This document shows positions 19,515 to 29,707 of a stretch of 64,000 bases of DNA, piece by piece. Position numbers and translations under genes: made by a program. The stretch lies in assembly GCA_041744215.1 (NCBI GenBank), contig JBGTLG010000004.1, positions 47,637 to 111,636 of the forward strand, read 5' to 3'. A model generated the notes under the pieces. The model made no database searches. It was not told the origin of the DNA and worked only from the letters and a program-made list of their open reading frames with translations. Source of the DNA: Fimbriimonadales bacterium (lineage in GTDB: Bacteria; Armatimonadota; Fimbriimonadia; Fimbriimonadales; ATM1). The first letter of the stretch is position 1. The number at the start of each line of letters is the position of its first letter.

Positions 19515-20675
19515 ATGGCAAAGACATACGCAATTCTTGGCTCCGGCATGCAAGGCACCGCAGTTGCCTACGACTTGGCTCGCTATGGAGACGCAGCTCG
19601 AATTCTGATGGGTGACCGAGACCTGGAGCAAGCGCGCAAGAGTTCGTCCCGTGTTAATGCACTCGTAGGTGCCGCCATCTGCGAACCACACGCCGTTGAC
19701 GCGCTCAACGAATCCGAGCTGGCAGAGTTCTTCTCTCCTGTCGACGTCGCGGCGTCGTGTGTTCCATATTGGATGCACCCGAAAATCGTTCCTGTCGCCA
19801 TAAAGACCTTAACCAACATGATCGACATGGGCGGCGACACAGAAGTCACTCTCGAGTCAATGCGATACGACGAAGCGGCGAAGGCGGCCGGAGTGAGCAT
19901 CATTCCCGACACGGGGCTCGCGCCCGGATTGGTGAACAGCCTCGCTACGCACCTCATGTCAAAGCTAGATGAGGTGGAGGAAGTTCGCATGTATTGCGGT
20001 GGGCTTCCTCAGAACCCTAAGCCGCCGTTCAACTACAAGCTTGTCTTTAACATCGAGGGCCTTGTAGCCGAGTACACAGACGACGCTTACGCAATCCGAG
20101 ACGGAAAGCTGGCAAGACCAGAAACTCTCGCCGACCTCGAAGAGATCGAATGGCCGGAACTGGGCAAGATGGAAGCATTTGTTACGAGCGGTGGAACGAG
20201 TACCGCACCACACACATTCCTAGGCAAGGTGCGCACCTATGAATACAAAACAATCCGATTCCCTGGGCACTGTGCGCTTATGCGTGTCTTTATGGACTTT
20301 GGCTTTTGGTCCCAAGAACCTGTCGAGGTCGACGGAGGCTCTGTGCGCCCGCGAGATCTGTTTCACAAGATAATGAGCGAAGCGCTGCATGATCCGACCG
20401 ACAAAGACCAGATCCTGGTGAGAGCTACCGCCTCCGGAACGAAGTCTGGTCAACCAAAGAAGTATCAAATCGACATCTGGGACAAACAGGATGAGGGAAC
20501 TGGGTTCAGCGCTATGGAGCGAATGACAGGATTCCCTTCATCGATCAACATGATCGAAATCGCGAAAGGGAATGTCGGGCCCGGAGTGATCCCTTACGAA
20601 CTCGCAGTCCCTGGGACGGTCGTAGTCGAAGAACTTGCCAAACGTGGAATCGGAATCAGTGAGTCAGCTTCCTAA
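19515..20675 (+). CDS. Saccharopine dehydrogenase-like oxidoreductase (lysine 6-dehydrogenase-like)
   Basis: ILGSGMQG, DTGLAPG, CGGLPQNP, YKTIRFPGH, AMERMTGF motifs. Confidence 0.88.
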   Translation: MAKTYAILGSGMQGTAVAYDLARYGDAARILMGDRDLEQARKSSSRVNALVGAAICEPHAVDALNESELAEFFSPVDVAASCVPYWMHPKIVPVAIKTLTNMIDMGGDTEVTLESMRYDEAAKAAGVSIIPDTGLAPGLVNSLATHLMSKLDEVEEVRMYCGGLPQNPKPPFNYKLVFNIEGLVAEYTDDAYAIRDGKLARPETLADLEEIEWPELGKMEAFVTSGGTSTAPHTFLGKVRTYEYKTIRFPGHCALMRVFMDFGFWSQEPVEVDGGSVRPRDLFHKIMSEALHDPTDKDQILVRATASGTKSGQPKKYQIDIWDKQDEGTGFSAMERMTGFPSSINMIEIAKGNVGPGVIPYELAVPGTVVVEELAKRGIGISESAS

Positions 20676-20731
20676 TCGAAAGCCGCCCCCCCCGAACTCA
20701 TTCAGGAAACCGTATAACAACACGACGAATC

Positions 20732-20773
20732 TGTTACGCGATTCGACCTTCGAGTGCGTCGAATCGCGTAACA
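20732..20773. repeat. Perfect 16-bp inverted repeat (10-nt loop) between convergent genes
   Basis: TGTTACGCGATTCGAC ... GTCGAATCGCGTAACA; no U-tract follows on either strand. Confidence 0.8.
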
Positions 20774-20792
20774 AAACACATTCAATGGGGAG

Positions 20793-21320
20793 TTACTTGT
20801 TTTCCTTCTCGTACGCGCCTTCTATGAGCGTAACCCAAGAATCCCCTGTCTGGGTCTCGAGCACAAACCCGACTTTTCCATCGGACCGCTTTTCGTACGT
20901 TGCTCGATAAACGAGTTCTCCCATACCTGGCATGGGTGCCGGCTTGCTCGTTCCTACCAATTTCCCGTTCGTGAAATCGCCGGTGAACTCAAGTGGGAAC
21001 GCTGACATTTGGTCGTACCACCAGAAAGCCCACTTCTTCTTCTCCGTGTCATACGTCAGCAGAAGAAGTCCCCCCATTGCCGAACCCATCATGTCGTAGG
21101 TCTGGTGCGAAACGACATACCGTCCGCCGACACCCATCGTCGTCTTCGCTTTCGAGGTGCTCTTCACGGGCTGTTCGCCGAAAGTAAATGTCATCTCGCC
21201 CTTCCAGTCGCCCAGCAACCAAGCCATCTCCTTCATTTCGGCAGGCGGAGTCATGTCCATCTCTTGCGCCGCAGCAGCGCCCATGCACCCGGCAACCGCC
21301 ATACAAACAATCCACTTCAT
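20793..21320 (-). CDS. Secreted DUF1579-like beta-barrel protein
   Basis: Signal peptide; WLLGDWKG, GGRYV, YDTEKKKW...WYD pattern; GGAGGAAAGG RBS. Confidence 0.75.
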   Translation of the reverse strand: MKWIVCMAVAGCMGAAAAQEMDMTPPAEMKEMAWLLGDWKGEMTFTFGEQPVKSTSKAKTTMGVGGRYVVSHQTYDMMGSAMGGLLLLTYDTEKKKWAFWWYDQMSAFPLEFTGDFTNGKLVGTSKPAPMPGMGELVYRATYEKRSDGKVGFVLETQTGDSWVTLIEGAYEKENK

Positions 21321-21495
21321 GTCCTTTCCTCCTGTTTCCCCATTGCTTTTGGGGAACACATGTATACCTGTTTTTGCAGGAGTCGGCTCAAGCACTCTGT
21401 GCGAAGTGCTGGTCTGTGAAAATCGTCACAATCTGAGCCTCCGATAGGGTAGAACACGTCCCTAACATCGGGGCCGTCCGGCACCGAATTTCCGC

Positions 21496-23631
21496 ATGGC
21501 TGCAACAGCGAACGATCCGCAAACGGTGATGCTCACCATAAACGACGTCGAGATTGAGGTGCCCAAAGGGGAGCTCATCGTCGAGTCGGTCAAACGCATC
21601 GGCCTCGAGATACCCATTTTTTGCTACCACTCCCGATTGAAGCCGGTCGGTATGTGCCGCATGTGCCTCGTAGATGTCGGCTTCAAGCAGCCCGATGGTT
21701 CCGTCCGGATGATGCCAAAGCCGCAGGCAGGCTGCACCCTCCCCGCGGACAACGACATGGTCGTCTACACCGATACCGAAAACGTGAGGAAGGATCGGAA
21801 AGGCGTCTTGGAGTTTCTACTCATCAACCATCCTCTTGATTGCCCGATCTGCGACCGTGGCGGCGAGTGCCCGCTTCAAAACAACACAATCTTCTATGGC
21901 CCTTCCACCACGAGGTATGTCGAAATCAAACGCCACTTGCCTAAGGCATTTCCTCTCAGCAAGTACGTGACACTTGACCTGGAGCGATGCATCCAGTGCG
22001 GCCGTTGTGTAAGATTCACCGAAGAGATTAGCGGTGACTCGCAACTTGCGTTCAGATTTCGGGGTGCGATGATGCAGCCGAGTACTTTCGAACTGACGGA
22101 TTTCGAAAGCCGATTCAGCGGAAACGTGATAGAGATTTGTCCGGTAGGAGCCTTAACTTCGTCCGAATACCGATTTCGGGCGAGGCCTTGGGACCTCCAG
22201 ACGAAGCCTTCGATCTGCACCGAGTGCTCCAACGGTTGCAACACATGGTTCGATTACCGGGTCTCGTCACTCGTCCGAATCAACGGACGCACAAATGAGG
22301 CGGTGAACGAGGAGTGGACGTGTGATAAGGGTAAGTTCGGGCAGCAGTATTTAGACTCGCCGGATCGACTCACGGAAGTCTTTGTCCGTGATCAAAACAA
22401 GTTGGTGTCATCGGATTGGGCAGCCGCATTCCGTGGGATCTCCGACGCGTTCCAAGCTGCCGGTTCCAATTCCGCAGCGCTCGTTGGAGGCAAGGCGTCC
22501 AATGAGGACATCTTCATGCTCAAGCGGCTCTTTAAGGAAGTGTTTGGGTCGGACAACATCGATCATCGCTGGCGAAAGCACAATCCAAAAGTAGATGCTC
22601 TCACTCGCGTGACTACTCCGATCGCGAGTTTTGAAAGCGAGCCTGTTATCTTTGTCTTTGGAAACAATCTCGCTGAAGAGCAGCCGATTCTTTTTCTCAG
22701 AATTCGAAAGGCTTGGTCCAACCAAGATGCGAAAGTGGTTGTCGCGTGCCACGAGCCGTGCGAAGCCGATAACTTCGCTCATGTATCGCTTCGCTACAAA
22801 CGTGGCACCGAGGCGGTACTTGTCGGAGCGATTCACAATGCGATCACGGGTACGGGTGGCGTGGATGCAGTCGAAGCCGCAAAGATAACTGGCGTTGGCG
22901 AAGAGGCAATACGCCGAGCAGCCGAGGCGATGAAGAGCGGATTCGCGCTCGCTGCAAGTCGCTCGCTATATGACCTTCCAAACGGCGAACATGTCGTTGG
23001 CGCGCTAAACAACCTAACAATCGCAACGAACACTTCGAGTAAGTTCAATCTATTCGCGACATCCGCCAACGAACAAGGCGCACGGGAGATAGGATTTCTG
23101 CCGGAGAGCGGTGGGTTGAACACCCAAGAGATACTCGAAGCATGCGCAGCAGGCAAGGTCAAGGCACTCTGGCTCTTAGAATGCGACCCGATCCTGCAGT
23201 ATCACGACAAAGATCTCGTCGAGCGAGCGCTCGAAGGCGTGGAGTTCCTTGTCGTTCAAAATCACATGCGATCAGAGTGCGCCCAGTTTGCAAGCGTTCT
23301 GCTCCCCGCCTGCGCATTCAGTGAGAAGGAGGGGACCTACACGAACCTCGAAAGGCGAGTTCAGTTGGTCAAAGCGATCATCGCGCCAAAGGGAACCGCC
23401 AAGCCAGCGTGGATGGCGTTTGGTGAATTGCTGCTAAGGCTCCAGGGCACCCCACCTCCGTTCCATGTACACGAGATACTCAGTCAACTCGTTGAAACAC
23501 TGCCAGCTTTCCACCCAGTCGATTATCCAAACCTCAAGGGCGAGGGTGTGCTACTAGGCCCAGTGCCGCCCGCCGAACCGCGAATGGTAGATGTCGAATA
23601 CACTGCCGTGGAGGTATCCCCAGCCACGTAA
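21496..23631 (+). CDS. nuoG: NADH-quinone oxidoreductase subunit G
   Basis: FCYH...CRMCLV (N1b), HPLDCPICDRGGEC (N5), CIQCGRC...CPVGAL (N4), CTECSNGC...C (N7). Confidence 0.95.
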   Translation: MAATANDPQTVMLTINDVEIEVPKGELIVESVKRIGLEIPIFCYHSRLKPVGMCRMCLVDVGFKQPDGSVRMMPKPQAGCTLPADNDMVVYTDTENVRKDRKGVLEFLLINHPLDCPICDRGGECPLQNNTIFYGPSTTRYVEIKRHLPKAFPLSKYVTLDLERCIQCGRCVRFTEEISGDSQLAFRFRGAMMQPSTFELTDFESRFSGNVIEICPVGALTSSEYRFRARPWDLQTKPSICTECSNGCNTWFDYRVSSLVRINGRTNEAVNEEWTCDKGKFGQQYLDSPDRLTEVFVRDQNKLVSSDWAAAFRGISDAFQAAGSNSAALVGGKASNEDIFMLKRLFKEVFGSDNIDHRWRKHNPKVDALTRVTTPIASFESEPVIFVFGNNLAEEQPILFLRIRKAWSNQDAKVVVACHEPCEADNFAHVSLRYKRGTEAVLVGAIHNAITGTGGVDAVEAAKITGVGEEAIRRAAEAMKSGFALAASRSLYDLPNGEHVVGALNNLTIATNTSSKFNLFATSANEQGAREIGFLPESGGLNTQEILEACAAGKVKALWLLECDPILQYHDKDLVERALEGVEFLVVQNHMRSECAQFASVLLPACAFSEKEGTYTNLERRVQLVKAIIAPKGTAKPAWMAFGELLLRLQGTPPPFHVHEILSQLVETLPAFHPVDYPNLKGEGVLLGPVPPAEPRMVDVEYTAVEVSPAT

Positions 23632-23654
23632 CAGCGTCAGGACCTCAAGAGGAC

Positions 23655-24932
23655 ATGCAAACGACGACGATTCTTGCCCAGGCTAGCGAGATAAGCGGCG
23701 AAGACACCGTATGGTGGGCGCTGCTTCGCATTGGCATTATCGTCGGGTTCCTACTAGCCGTCGTGCCGGGCATCATTTGGTGGGAAAGGCGCTTGCTGTC
23801 CTGGTTCCAAGATCGCATCGGCCCGAATCGCGTCGGACTCTTCGGATTCCTGCAACCCATCGCAGATGGAATCAAGCTGTTTCTAAAAGAAGAGGTAGTG
23901 CCGGATAAAGTTGACAGACTGATTTACATGATTGCGCCCGCGGTTGCGCTCTTTCCAGCTTTCGTCATACTCGCGACGACCCCGTGGGGCCCAAACACGT
24001 TGCTCACTCCAATTGCGGACGTCGACATCGGCATCTTGTGGGTTCTCGCGATCTCGTCGCTCGGAGTGTACGGCGTCGTGCTCGGCGGCTGGGCATCGAA
24101 CAACAAGTATTCGCTACTTGGTGGACTTCGCAGTGCGGCGCAACTCGTCAGCTATGAACTCGCGATGGGAGTAGCTCTTTACAGCGTCGCGCTTCCCTCC
24201 GGTTCATTGAGATTGACAGAAATGGTACAGCGACAGTTCGAGCCTCTCTACGGTATTGAGTGGCTGCAAAGCTGGTTTATTCTCACTCCATTCGGACTGA
24301 TTGCGGGCATCATCTTCTTTATCTGCATGGTCGCCGAAACAAACCGCGCGCCGTTCGATCTTCCAGAAGCGGAATCCGAGCTCATCGCTGGATTCCATAC
24401 TGAGTACTCGTCGATGAAATTCGCAGTGTTCTTCATGGGCGAATACGCGACGATGCTCGCTTTTTCCGCGATTTTCGCAGTCTTGTTCTTCGGAGGATGG
24501 AGCCCCGTTCCTCTCAACCTTGAGTACCTCGCAAACCTCGCTGCAAACAATGGAATGGGATGGCTGTCATCTGCATTAACTTTCCTTCTCAACCCATGGC
24601 TCGCCCCTGTGTGGTTCCTCGGCAAGACGACTCTCTTCCTAACATTCTTTATCTGGATTCGTGCCACTCTCCCGAGACTTCGTTATGACCAGCTGATGGC
24701 AGTAGGATGGAAGTATCTGTTGCCGATCGCCGCACTCAACTTCGTCGTCGTCGCGATTTGGATGATGTATGGATGGCCCGCGATGTTCGCAGCCTTCGGA
24801 CTCCTCATTCTTGTCTACGCGATGTACGTGGCAGTAGTCAGAATGCCGAGGGCGAAAAAGTTTGGTCCAACACTCACTCTTCTCGACATCCCCGCAAACA
24901 CCGACCAAACAATTGAGGTGACCAAGTCATGA
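23655..24932 (+). CDS. nuoH: NADH-quinone oxidoreductase subunit H
   Basis: RIGPNRVG, QPIADGIKL, AETNRAPFDLPEAESEL, LPRLRYDQLM. Confidence 0.97.
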   Translation: MQTTTILAQASEISGEDTVWWALLRIGIIVGFLLAVVPGIIWWERRLLSWFQDRIGPNRVGLFGFLQPIADGIKLFLKEEVVPDKVDRLIYMIAPAVALFPAFVILATTPWGPNTLLTPIADVDIGILWVLAISSLGVYGVVLGGWASNNKYSLLGGLRSAAQLVSYELAMGVALYSVALPSGSLRLTEMVQRQFEPLYGIEWLQSWFILTPFGLIAGIIFFICMVAETNRAPFDLPEAESELIAGFHTEYSSMKFAVFFMGEYATMLAFSAIFAVLFFGGWSPVPLNLEYLANLAANNGMGWLSSALTFLLNPWLAPVWFLGKTTLFLTFFIWIRATLPRLRYDQLMAVGWKYLLPIAALNFVVVAIWMMYGWPAMFAAFGLLILVYAMYVAVVRMPRAKKFGPTLTLLDIPANTDQTIEVTKS

Positions 24933-25432
24933 ACGTGGAAACGGTCGCGTTCATGATTCTTGCGCTTCTCGCAGTCGTTTCGGCTGTAGGAGTGATCGCA
25001 TTCAAAAGCCCTGTGCGGAGCGCTATCTGCCTGGCGGGCAACTTCTTCATCCTCGGCGTTCTCTACTTCATGATGAACTACGATCTGATCGGAATAAGCC
25101 AAATCTTGGTTTATACAGGGCTCATCATGATGCTCTTTCTGTTCGTCATTCTCTTGCTAAACCTCAGTGCGCCGCAAATGCTCCAAGAAAAGAGCTATAT
25201 CAGATGGTGGGGAGCGTTCGCAGTCGCTGGAGCTCTCGGTATCGTCGTCTTCTCCCAAGTCGTAATGCCGCTTGAATGGGCGCTCAGCCCGACGTCGAAT
25301 CCCGAACTCGGAACAACAAAGTCCGTCGGCACCGCGCTCTTTTCAAACTACGTGTACGCGTTTGAAATCTGTAGCATTCTCTTGCTCGTCGGAATCGTGG
25401 GCTCAATACTGCTCGCAAAGAGGAGAGGGTGA
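24929..25432 (+). CDS. nuoJ: NADH-quinone oxidoreductase subunit J
   Basis: QILVYTG.IM.LFLFVILLL and YVYAFE motifs; operon position. Confidence 0.93.
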   Translation: MNVETVAFMILALLAVVSAVGVIAFKSPVRSAICLAGNFFILGVLYFMMNYDLIGISQILVYTGLIMMLFLFVILLLNLSAPQMLQEKSYIRWWGAFAVAGALGIVVFSQVVMPLEWALSPTSNPELGTTKSVGTALFSNYVYAFEICSILLLVGIVGSILLAKRRG

Positions 25433-25776
25433 TGGAAGGCATACCTTTGATGGGGTTCCTCGCCCTCGGCGCGGTGATGTTTCTTATCGGTGCCGTCGGT
25501 GTGACGATGAAGCGAAACCCGATCGTCATCTTCATGTGCATCGAACTAATGCTCAACGCCGCAAATCTGACATTCCTCGCTTTTGCTCGCTATCACGAAA
25601 CGCCGCTGCTCGGCATGATTTCGAGAGAGAACACGGTTATGAACGGACAGATGGCTGTGGTGTTCGTAATGGCCGTCGCCGCGGCCGAAGTCGCGATCGG
25701 GCTTGGAATCATCATGGCCATCTTCAGGACAAAAGACTCGATCGATATCGATGAAATGAACATTTTGAGAGGATGA
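25432..25776 (+). CDS. nuoK: NADH-quinone oxidoreductase subunit K
   Basis: MCIELMLNAAN, AAAEVAIGL motifs. Confidence 0.95.
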   Translation: MEGIPLMGFLALGAVMFLIGAVGVTMKRNPIVIFMCIELMLNAANLTFLAFARYHETPLLGMISRENTVMNGQMAVVFVMAVAAAEVAIGLGIIMAIFRTKDSIDIDEMNILRG

Positions 25777-25804
25777 AGAAACTGCAATCCAAACGGAGGG
25801 TGCA

Positions 25805-28006
25805 ATGCCTGAACTGATGGATCCGTCGATGCCGGCGGGTCTCAATCTCGTTTGGATGATCTTGCTGTTGCCGCTCGCAGGATTCCTGTTCCAAGCGGCA
25901 TTCGGCAGGATCATCGAACGCGCATTCGGTCCAGCTCTTGGCCGAAGAATTCTCGGGTTTATGGCAGTCATTCCGATCGCTGTGGCGTTTGTGATCGGGT
26001 GCATACTCGTTACGCACATCGCTAATCAACCCTCGGACGCGCGCGTCGCAATCAGCACCTGGTTCGACTGGATTAACCTCCAGTCAATCCATATTCCTTT
26101 CGAGTTGCGCGTAGATCCACTCTCTCTCACGATGGTGCTGATCATCACGGGCATTGGTGCACTGATTCATCTTTATGCCACAGGTTACATGGCTGCAGAC
26201 AAGGACTATCCGCGGTTCTTCACTTATCTAAACCTCTTCATCGCATTCATGTTGATGCTCGTTCTGGGCAACAACCTCGCGCTTGTATTCATAGGCTGGG
26301 AAGGCGTTGGACTTTGCTCCTACCTGCTCATTGGGTTCTGGTACGAAGACATTGAGAACGCGAAGGCGGCGAACAAAGCGTTCATCGTGAACAGAATCGG
26401 CGACTGGGGCATGGCTCTTGGCATGTTTCTTATCGCCGTCGTGTTCGCTTCGAGCCAAAATCTGCTCGGTGGCGAAACGCGCTATCTCAGTTTCGACGTG
26501 ATTCTCCCTCTCGCGCAGCAAGTTGTGGGCGAGTGGGGCGGCGCAGTCGTTTGGGCGATTCCGCTACTGCTGTTCATCGGAGCAGTAGGCAAGTCCGCGC
26601 AGTTTCCTCTGTACCTCTGGCTGCCCGATGCGATGGCGGGCCCGACTCCCGTCTCCGCGCTCATTCACGCGGCGACGATGGTCACGGCTGGAGTCTATCT
26701 CGTCACGCGATGTCACGTTTTCTTCGAGATGTCCGCTTTCGCGATGGGAACGGTCGCCGTCATAGGCTGCTTCACTGCGATTTTCGCTGCGACGATCGCG
26801 TGGGGACAATACGACATCAAGAAAGTGCTCGCCTACTCGACTGTTTCGCAACTCGGATTTATGTTTCTCGCATGCGGAGTCGGTGCCTTCTCCACAGGAA
26901 TGTTCCATGTCACGACCCATGCGTTCTTCAAAGCACTCCTCTTCCTTGGTGCGGGCGCGGTGATTTACGCAATGGCACACAACCAGGACTTGCGAAACTA
27001 TGGTGGGCTGCGGAAGTACATGAAGATCACGTACTTCTCAATGCTCATGGGGTGGCTCGCAATCTGCGGAATCCCAATCTGGGCAGGTTTTTGGAGCAAA
27101 GACGACATTCTCGGAAAAGTCTTTGCCAGCAACGATTATTGGCATGCACAAGGGTGGGCGATCAATCCTGTCGTCCTTTGGGCGATAGGCCTTGTGACCG
27201 CAGTCCTCACCGCGGCCTACATGACGCGAATGTTTTGGCTCACATTTTTCAGCGGGGAAGAGCGATGGAGGAACTTGCCGGACCCGCAGCACACGCATCG
27301 TCCTCATCACGTCCATGCGCACACCGCCCATCATGATGAAGACCCCGATGAACATGGTTTTTTCCTCGAAACAGTCGAAGAAGAGGGCCACCACGACCAT
27401 CACGACCTCGGACCCACACACGAACCGAGAGAGGTCAAACCGTCAATGTGGTTCCCGCTCGTCGTCCTCGCTGCGCTTTCAACCGTCGGAGGACTGATCC
27501 TATCAGGAGGCTATCCTGTAACTGAGGTCTTCGGTGTCCATACGACCAATCTGTTCAAAGAATGGAATGCTGTTTCCGCACAGCCATCTGTATTGCCTTC
27601 GAAGGAGCTGTTCCAAGTCTCGCACTCGACCGAGGCAGTTCTTATCCTACTCTCGATCGCCGCTGGCCTGGCTGGCATTTTGTGGAATCGTGCTCGGTAC
27701 AAGAAAGGTGTGCCAAAGAACGAAGACACGAAGCTCCGACGTTTCGCAGGTTCGCAGTGGGGTTACGACAATGCAATGTATCAGGCGTTTGTCAACGCCG
27801 GCGGCAAACTCTCGGAAGCGTCCTATAAGCTGTTCGACAAGGGGATCATCGATACGCTCCTCGTCAATGGAGTGCCGTGGTTGGTCGCATCGACTGGAAA
27901 GCTCTTCCGTAAGACGCAGTCTGGGTATGCCAGGTCTTACGCGATGGCGATTCTCATCGGCGCGCTTGCAATCGCGTCCTACATCTTCTACTCGGTTTCA
28001 AGGTAA
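25805..28006 (+). CDS. nuoL: NADH-quinone oxidoreductase subunit L (with His-rich loop)
   Basis: GWEGVG, KSAQFPL..WLPDAMAGPTPVSALIHAATMV, THAFFKALLF. Confidence 0.97.
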   Translation: MPELMDPSMPAGLNLVWMILLLPLAGFLFQAAFGRIIERAFGPALGRRILGFMAVIPIAVAFVIGCILVTHIANQPSDARVAISTWFDWINLQSIHIPFELRVDPLSLTMVLIITGIGALIHLYATGYMAADKDYPRFFTYLNLFIAFMLMLVLGNNLALVFIGWEGVGLCSYLLIGFWYEDIENAKAANKAFIVNRIGDWGMALGMFLIAVVFASSQNLLGGETRYLSFDVILPLAQQVVGEWGGAVVWAIPLLLFIGAVGKSAQFPLYLWLPDAMAGPTPVSALIHAATMVTAGVYLVTRCHVFFEMSAFAMGTVAVIGCFTAIFAATIAWGQYDIKKVLAYSTVSQLGFMFLACGVGAFSTGMFHVTTHAFFKALLFLGAGAVIYAMAHNQDLRNYGGLRKYMKITYFSMLMGWLAICGIPIWAGFWSKDDILGKVFASNDYWHAQGWAINPVVLWAIGLVTAVLTAAYMTRMFWLTFFSGEERWRNLPDPQHTHRPHHVHAHTAHHDEDPDEHGFFLETVEEEGHHDHHDLGPTHEPREVKPSMWFPLVVLAALSTVGGLILSGGYPVTEVFGVHTTNLFKEWNAVSAQPSVLPSKELFQVSHSTEAVLILLSIAAGLAGILWNRARYKKGVPKNEDTKLRRFAGSQWGYDNAMYQAFVNAGGKLSEASYKLFDKGIIDTLLVNGVPWLVASTGKLFRKTQSGYARSYAMAILIGALAIASYIFYSVSR

Positions 28007-28009
28007 TAC

Positions 28010-29707
28010 ATGAATACACTCGCGCAGACGACTACACAAGGCATGGGGCTTTTGAGCCTTATGATCTTCATCCCGCTCATTGGAGCGGGAGTCCTCGCGC
28101 TGATCCCTCGCGAGTATGCGTCGTGGCATCGCTACCTTGCGCTTCTCTGCTCCTTCGTCGCGTTCCTAGTTTCCGTATCCACCTGGTACTTCTTTAGTGG
28201 GAACACTTACCACTTCCAGTTTGTCGAGTCGATCCCATGGATCCAATCTCTTGGAATAACTTACAAACTTGGAATCGACGGAATCAGTCTTTGGCTGATC
28301 CTGCTGACCACGTTCATTACCGTGATTTCAATCTGGTTCAGCTTTTATGTGAAAGAGCGAGCCAAAGACTTTATGATTGCGTTGCTGGTGCTGGAAACCG
28401 CGATGCTCGGAGTGTTTTGCGCACTTGATCTGATCCTGTTTTATGTCTTCTTCGAGGCGACCCTCGTCCCAATGTACATCCTTATTGCTGTCTGGGGTGG
28501 CAAGAACCGTCAGTACGCATCAGTCAAATTCTTCCTCTACACGTTCCTCGGGTCCATTTTCATGCTCGTGGCCATCATCGCGATGCGGTTTATGGCTGGG
28601 TCGTTCGACCTGATCGTCCTGCAAGACCTCGCGAGCCGCGGCGAACTTGCCGTTGACAATGTGCAGATGTGGCTGTTTGCGGCCTTCGCATTGGCGTTCG
28701 CGGTGAAAGTCCCAATGTTTCCCGTGCATACGTGGCTGCCAGACGCGCACACCGAGGCGCCAACTGCCGGCTCAATCATTCTCGCCGCAGTCATGCTGAA
28801 GATGGGAGCTTATGGCTTCCTTCGTTTCTGCCTCCCTCTGTTCCCAGAAGCGACGATACAGGCAGCGCCATTCATGATGGGGCTCGCGGTAGTCGGCATC
28901 ATTTACGGAGCAATCATGGCTGCCGTGCAAACAGACTGGAAGCGGCTCGTCGCTTACTCGTCGGTGAGTCACCTGGGCTTTGTCATGCTTGGGATCTTCG
29001 CGCTGAATCACAATGGACTGACAGGCGGCGTGCTTCAATCAATCAACCACGGGATAAGCACTGGCGCATTGTTCCTCATGGTCGGAATGATCTACGAAAG
29101 AACGCACACGCGACTGTTCAAAGACTACAGCGGCCTCAAACGGCAAATGCCAATGTTCGCGATGCTTTTTCTGATTATCATGCTCAGCTCCGTCGGACTT
29201 CCGAGCATGAACGGATTCATTGGGGAATTCCTGACACTGCTCGGAGCATTCCAAGCTGGCTTCGAGGGCGCAGTGCCAATGTGGATGCCAATCGCCGCTG
29301 GCGCGGGAGTCGTACTCGCTGCGGTCTACCTGCTGTGGATGTTTCAGAGAGTCTTCTACGGACCAAATGATAAGCCTGTGATAAAGAGACTTCGCGACAT
29401 CAAGCCCTGGGAACAAGCATCAGTTTGGCTACTCGTCGTTTTCGTGTTCTGGGCAGGACTCTATCCGACTTTCTTTACGCAAAAGATGGAAGCGAGCATC
29501 AACGCGGTGAGACATCAAACCTTGTTGCCGCAGGGTGAGCGACCGACATGGGCGGACAAGAGTATCGACATCAATGGCAACGGCGACATTGTTGAGGCTC
29601 TCGAACGGGACTCCGAGGATCTGGGAACCTGGACACAAGGGCGAGTGCTTGTGCAGAACAACCACTACCTCCAAAAGGGTGAGGCTCGGGCGGTGGCAGT
29701 TCGATGA
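28010..29707 (+). CDS. nuoM: NADH-quinone oxidoreductase subunit M
   Basis: GIDGIS, KVPMFPVHTWLPDAHTEAPTAGS, LKMGAYG. Confidence 0.97.
   Translation: MNTLAQTTTQGMGLLSLMIFIPLIGAGVLALIPREYASWHRYLALLCSFVAFLVSVSTWYFFSGNTYHFQFVESIPWIQSLGITYKLGIDGISLWLILLTTFITVISIWFSFYVKERAKDFMIALLVLETAMLGVFCALDLILFYVFFEATLVPMYILIAVWGGKNRQYASVKFFLYTFLGSIFMLVAIIAMRFMAGSFDLIVLQDLASRGELAVDNVQMWLFAAFALAFAVKVPMFPVHTWLPDAHTEAPTAGSIILAAVMLKMGAYGFLRFCLPLFPEATIQAAPFMMGLAVVGIIYGAIMAAVQTDWKRLVAYSSVSHLGFVMLGIFALNHNGLTGGVLQSINHGISTGALFLMVGMIYERTHTRLFKDYSGLKRQMPMFAMLFLIIMLSSVGLPSMNGFIGEFLTLLGAFQAGFEGAVPMWMPIAAGAGVVLAAVYLLWMFQRVFYGPNDKPVIKRLRDIKPWEQASVWLLVVFVFWAGLYPTFFTQKMEASINAVRHQTLLPQGERPTWADKSIDINGNGDIVEALERDSEDLGTWTQGRVLVQNNHYLQKGEARAVAVR

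Noticed and set aside
26533-29370. Alternative-frame ORFs within nuoL and nuoM (267 aa, 233 aa)
   Set aside because: Arg/Ser-rich off-frame products typical of GC-rich hydrophobic genes
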